Positions 20,603 through 23,593 of a stretch of DNA of 23,593 nucleotides are shown piece after piece. This stretch comes from Octopus sinensis. Its lineage: Eukaryota. How positions within the stretch are numbered: the first letter of the stretch is position 1; the number at the start of each line of letters is the position of its first letter. The notes under the pieces were generated by a model, which saw only the letters and a program-made list of their open reading frames with translations, searched no databases and was not told where the DNA came from. Position numbers and translations under genes: made by a program. Location of the stretch: the NCBI RefSeq assembly GCF_006345805.1, contig NW_021836676.1, positions 1-23,593 on the forward strand, given 5' to 3'.

Positions 20603-20678
20603 TCACCTGATGAGAGCGTTTTTTCCGCATGATGTAATAATTCTATCAATAAAAACACGTCTGAAACAGCTGTAGTGA
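20603..20678 (+). ncRNA. Type I hammerhead ribozyme-like motif (Penelope-type, minimal stem III)
   Basis: TCAC-CTGATGA-[49-nt imperfect stem II]-GAAAC-AGCT-GTA-GTGA. Both core boxes are intact, the cleavage triplet is GUA, stem I is TCAC/GTGA, and stem III is the palindrome ACAGCTGT. Confidence 0.6.
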
Positions 20679-20939
20679 ATGAACCACTATCCATCTGTTG
20701 TTATTTGTATGTATGTATGTATGTATGTATGTATGTATGTGTATATATATATATATACATATATATATATGTATCACGTGATCACGTGACCGACCAGGCT
20801 ATCAGATGTTGATACACATCGCTGGTCACAATGCGCTTCGCATTGTTTTAGCCTTCAAATGACGCCACCCGCTAGCTAAGCGAGCAGGCAATATATATAT
20901 TATATATATATATATATATATAATAATAATATATACATG

Positions 20940-21225
20940 CGTGTGTGTGTCTGTCTTTGCCCCCCACCATCGCTTGACAACCGACGTTGGTGTGTTCACG
21001 TCCCCGTAACTTAGCGGTTCAGCAAAAGAGTCCGATAGGATAAGTTCTAGGCTTACAAAGAATAAGTCAAGGGGTCGATTTGTTCGACTAAACGTGGTGC
21101 TCCAGCAGTCACAAGGCTTTGGTCGGCCCGAGACTATAGTAGGAGACAGTTGCCCAAGGTGCTACACAGTTGAACTGAACCCAGAACCATGTGGTTCTGA
21201 AGCAAATTTCTTACCACACAGCTAT
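20940..21225. mobile_element. Two family B SINE halves in opposite orientation: 3' half on plus, 5' half on minus
   Basis: About 20940-21107 matches the family B 3' half in sense orientation. About 21108-21225 matches the head in antisense orientation. Confidence 0.75.
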
Positions 21226-21534
21226 GCCTAACACATTAAAAAAAAAATTGTGTATGAACAAAGAACTATGAAATATTTTACAGACACCAAACTTCACTCA
21301 GGAAAATTACGTCGTTCAGTCGAGACGAAGATATATTGGAGATAAACCGGGACAATATTAGACAAGTATTCAAGCAACACTTGATTAAACACCAAGTTCA
21401 GATAATTTTTCTATCAAAATTAAGCAATAAATATTTATTTGCCATGTAATGGAAGGGTTCTGGTCCTTCACCTTTAGGATTCGATTGCAGAATTATGGTA
21501 AAGCAGTGTATCGCTTAATATTCATGAATGAAAG

Positions 21535-21572
<38 letters not shown>

Positions 21573-21639
21573 TCACAATCACACACAAACACAATAACAC
21601 AGAAAAACACACGTGCGCACACAAGCATATTGCTATTCA

Positions 21640-21772
21640 GGCAGCGGGTTGACGTAATTATTAGTGCGTCGAACAAAATGCTTAGCGGTATTTGTTCCGA
21701 GTTCAATGGAGTATTTTGCTTTTCTTTATTTCGGCGTCAGCTACAAGCTGAAAACTAGGGTCGATCTAATCA
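21640..21772 (+). mobile_element. Degenerate SINE family A
   Basis: Contains AAAATGCTTAGCGGTATTT...GAGTTCAA...GGGTCGATCTAATC. Confidence 0.5.
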
Positions 21773-22552
21773 ATATTTCTATATTAAAACCTTCCCCGGT
21801 CCAAAGTGGGAAAATATAACAGAGGGAACGCAATGTCAGATTCAAAAGAGCCTCTGATCAATCCAAGGCAAACATACGGCGCCAAAGTGAAAAATGTTGA
21901 GATTCCCTACAGAAGCTGAGGCCCACGAAGCACTACATACTAAAGTCAAGAAGTGCCACAAGAAATCCCTATCTGCTTGTTGGTGGTGGTAGTCTTCGTC
22001 GGCATAAAGGACGAAACTGATAGTTTGCAACTGCAGAGGCCATGGAAGCGCAATTGGTCGAGCCAACAATTAGAACTATTGATGCAAACGGGTCACCGAA
22101 GCATAGTATACATCTCGACCCTGATCAGTCTACCATATGCTTGTTCTTAGGTATAAGTACGTTCGTTGTTATGCCGAAAGATAGGTCAAACTGGGTTTAT
22201 CTGTAGGTGCACGAAGATGCGTTGAACGAAATGCATGTGGATATAATCATATCTAACACGTTCGTGGACACTCGAACGTGGGAATACCTTTCGCTGCAGA
22301 AATAGTCTTGAGAGAAAATTTTCCTCATATACAAAATATATGAAAACCTAGTTTGACTATGAACGACATCATCGGAGCGCAGGGTGCGCCTGTTTCTGCA
22401 TCATTATGCATCATCAGCCACGAACACAGAATGAGTCTTTCACAACTCTGTAAACTCTGTAAGAACAGCTGTCCTTATATACCAGGGCGGGAAAAAACAG
22501 TACGTTTGTCTGATGTTCGCAAAGCTTAGCCAACCTGGTATTAATTAACTAT

Positions 22553-22655
22553 GTACGTATGTATGTATGTATGTATGTATGTATGTATGTATGTATGTAT
22601 GTATGTATTTATGTATGTATGTATGTATGTATGTATGTACACACACACACACGCA
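22553..22655. repeat. (TATG)n tetranucleotide tract followed by (CA)n
   Basis: Direct reading. Confidence 0.95.
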
Positions 22656-23593
22656 CATACTTTTTCCAAGAGCCCTAACTTCTGATGTATATTTATAACT
22701 GGAACATAGTTTAAAAGTTCAACAGTGGAACTATTGAACAAAAGAATGGTTGTGTTCATACTCTTCTCTTTTAAAATCTAACATTTCATCATTTTTCTCT
22801 CCCTCTCAGCTCCTCTCTCATTTTCTTTGAAGACCTCCCCTCTCTCTCTCTTATATTATTTAAATCCTTTTCTCTTTCCTCTCCCCTTTCCTCACATAAG
22901 ACAACACTAAAACAACATTTTCATTTCTTTTGTACTCAGTTATTTAAAATACACGAACCATTTTTACACTTGAATACAGAACTGCAGTAAATCTAGCAGA
23001 AGACCACCCCCAACCTGAAACGGTATTCTTCCTCAAAAGCAAACTACCTGCCTGCAATGGTATTTATTTCTGCTTGCAGAATTGCTCATCCAAATTAAGA
23101 GGAATATTTTATGGTGAAACAAGATATTCACTCGGAGATGTGTTTTTCGTATAAATTAGATTGTTTCACACATCACCTGCCGCACACACCCTGTAATTAT
23201 TATAATTAGGATGATGAGATAGAAATGCGAACTGAGACAATCAAGGAACTGCAATTTGAAACTGAATCATGGTGAGCCATAGTTATTATTTAAATTGTAA
23301 GCTAATGAGACAGTCATTAACCACCTGCGGCCCTCTATTGTCTTCTCCTTTTAAGAGGAACAAAGTGTGTGCCCTTCATTTTACAAATCCTCATGCAGCT
23401 GTTAATGATTTTACATAGTCTCAACGCCAAAATGCAGTTCGGAGGATTGAGTAGGCGAGAGTTAAATACTTTGACCCTGCTTACAGAACAGAAGCGGCGA
23501 TGAGACATGAAGTGTTAACCGGAAAGCCAAACGCCATTCCAACATATCTATGTGGGTTGGTTTTTAAGCATGCTTACAACTTCTTTGATTGGT

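Noticed and set aside
22040-22160. Possible exon (CTGCAG acceptor, open frame MEAQLVEPTIRTIDANG..., AG/GTATAA donor)
   Set aside because: No recognisable protein similarity and no partner exons. Splice-like motifs alone are insufficient.
22480-22540. TA-CCAGG...CCTGG-TA, resembling a tiny mariner-type TIR pair with a TA TSD
   Set aside because: Only 5 bp of inverted match, which is expected by chance.

Overview
AT-rich, microsatellite-saturated eukaryotic DNA with no supportable host gene exon. The retroposon families resemble those I associate with octopus or other coleoid cephalopods; this is pattern recognition, not a database result. The only real coding sequence is a 5'-truncated, otherwise uninterrupted CR1-clade LINE ORF2 (endonuclease tail plus RT, 14055-16559) inside a (TA)n tract. 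The window also holds about 20 tRNA-derived SINE copies or fragments in roughly four families (called A-D here), three non-autonomous Helitron ends or elements, a mariner transposase fragment, three long inverted repeats and a 394-bp tandem duplication. The most notable observations are: (i) several hammerhead-ribozyme-like motifs of the minimal, palindromic-stem-III type known from Penelope-like elements, best preserved at 20603-20678; (ii) a 3' tail shared by the LINE and one SINE family, with a stem-loop that differs in sequence but keeps its pairing; (iii) SINE multimers built from a 183-184 bp unit. Almost all other ORFs in the supplied track are microsatellite or SINE read-through artefacts.
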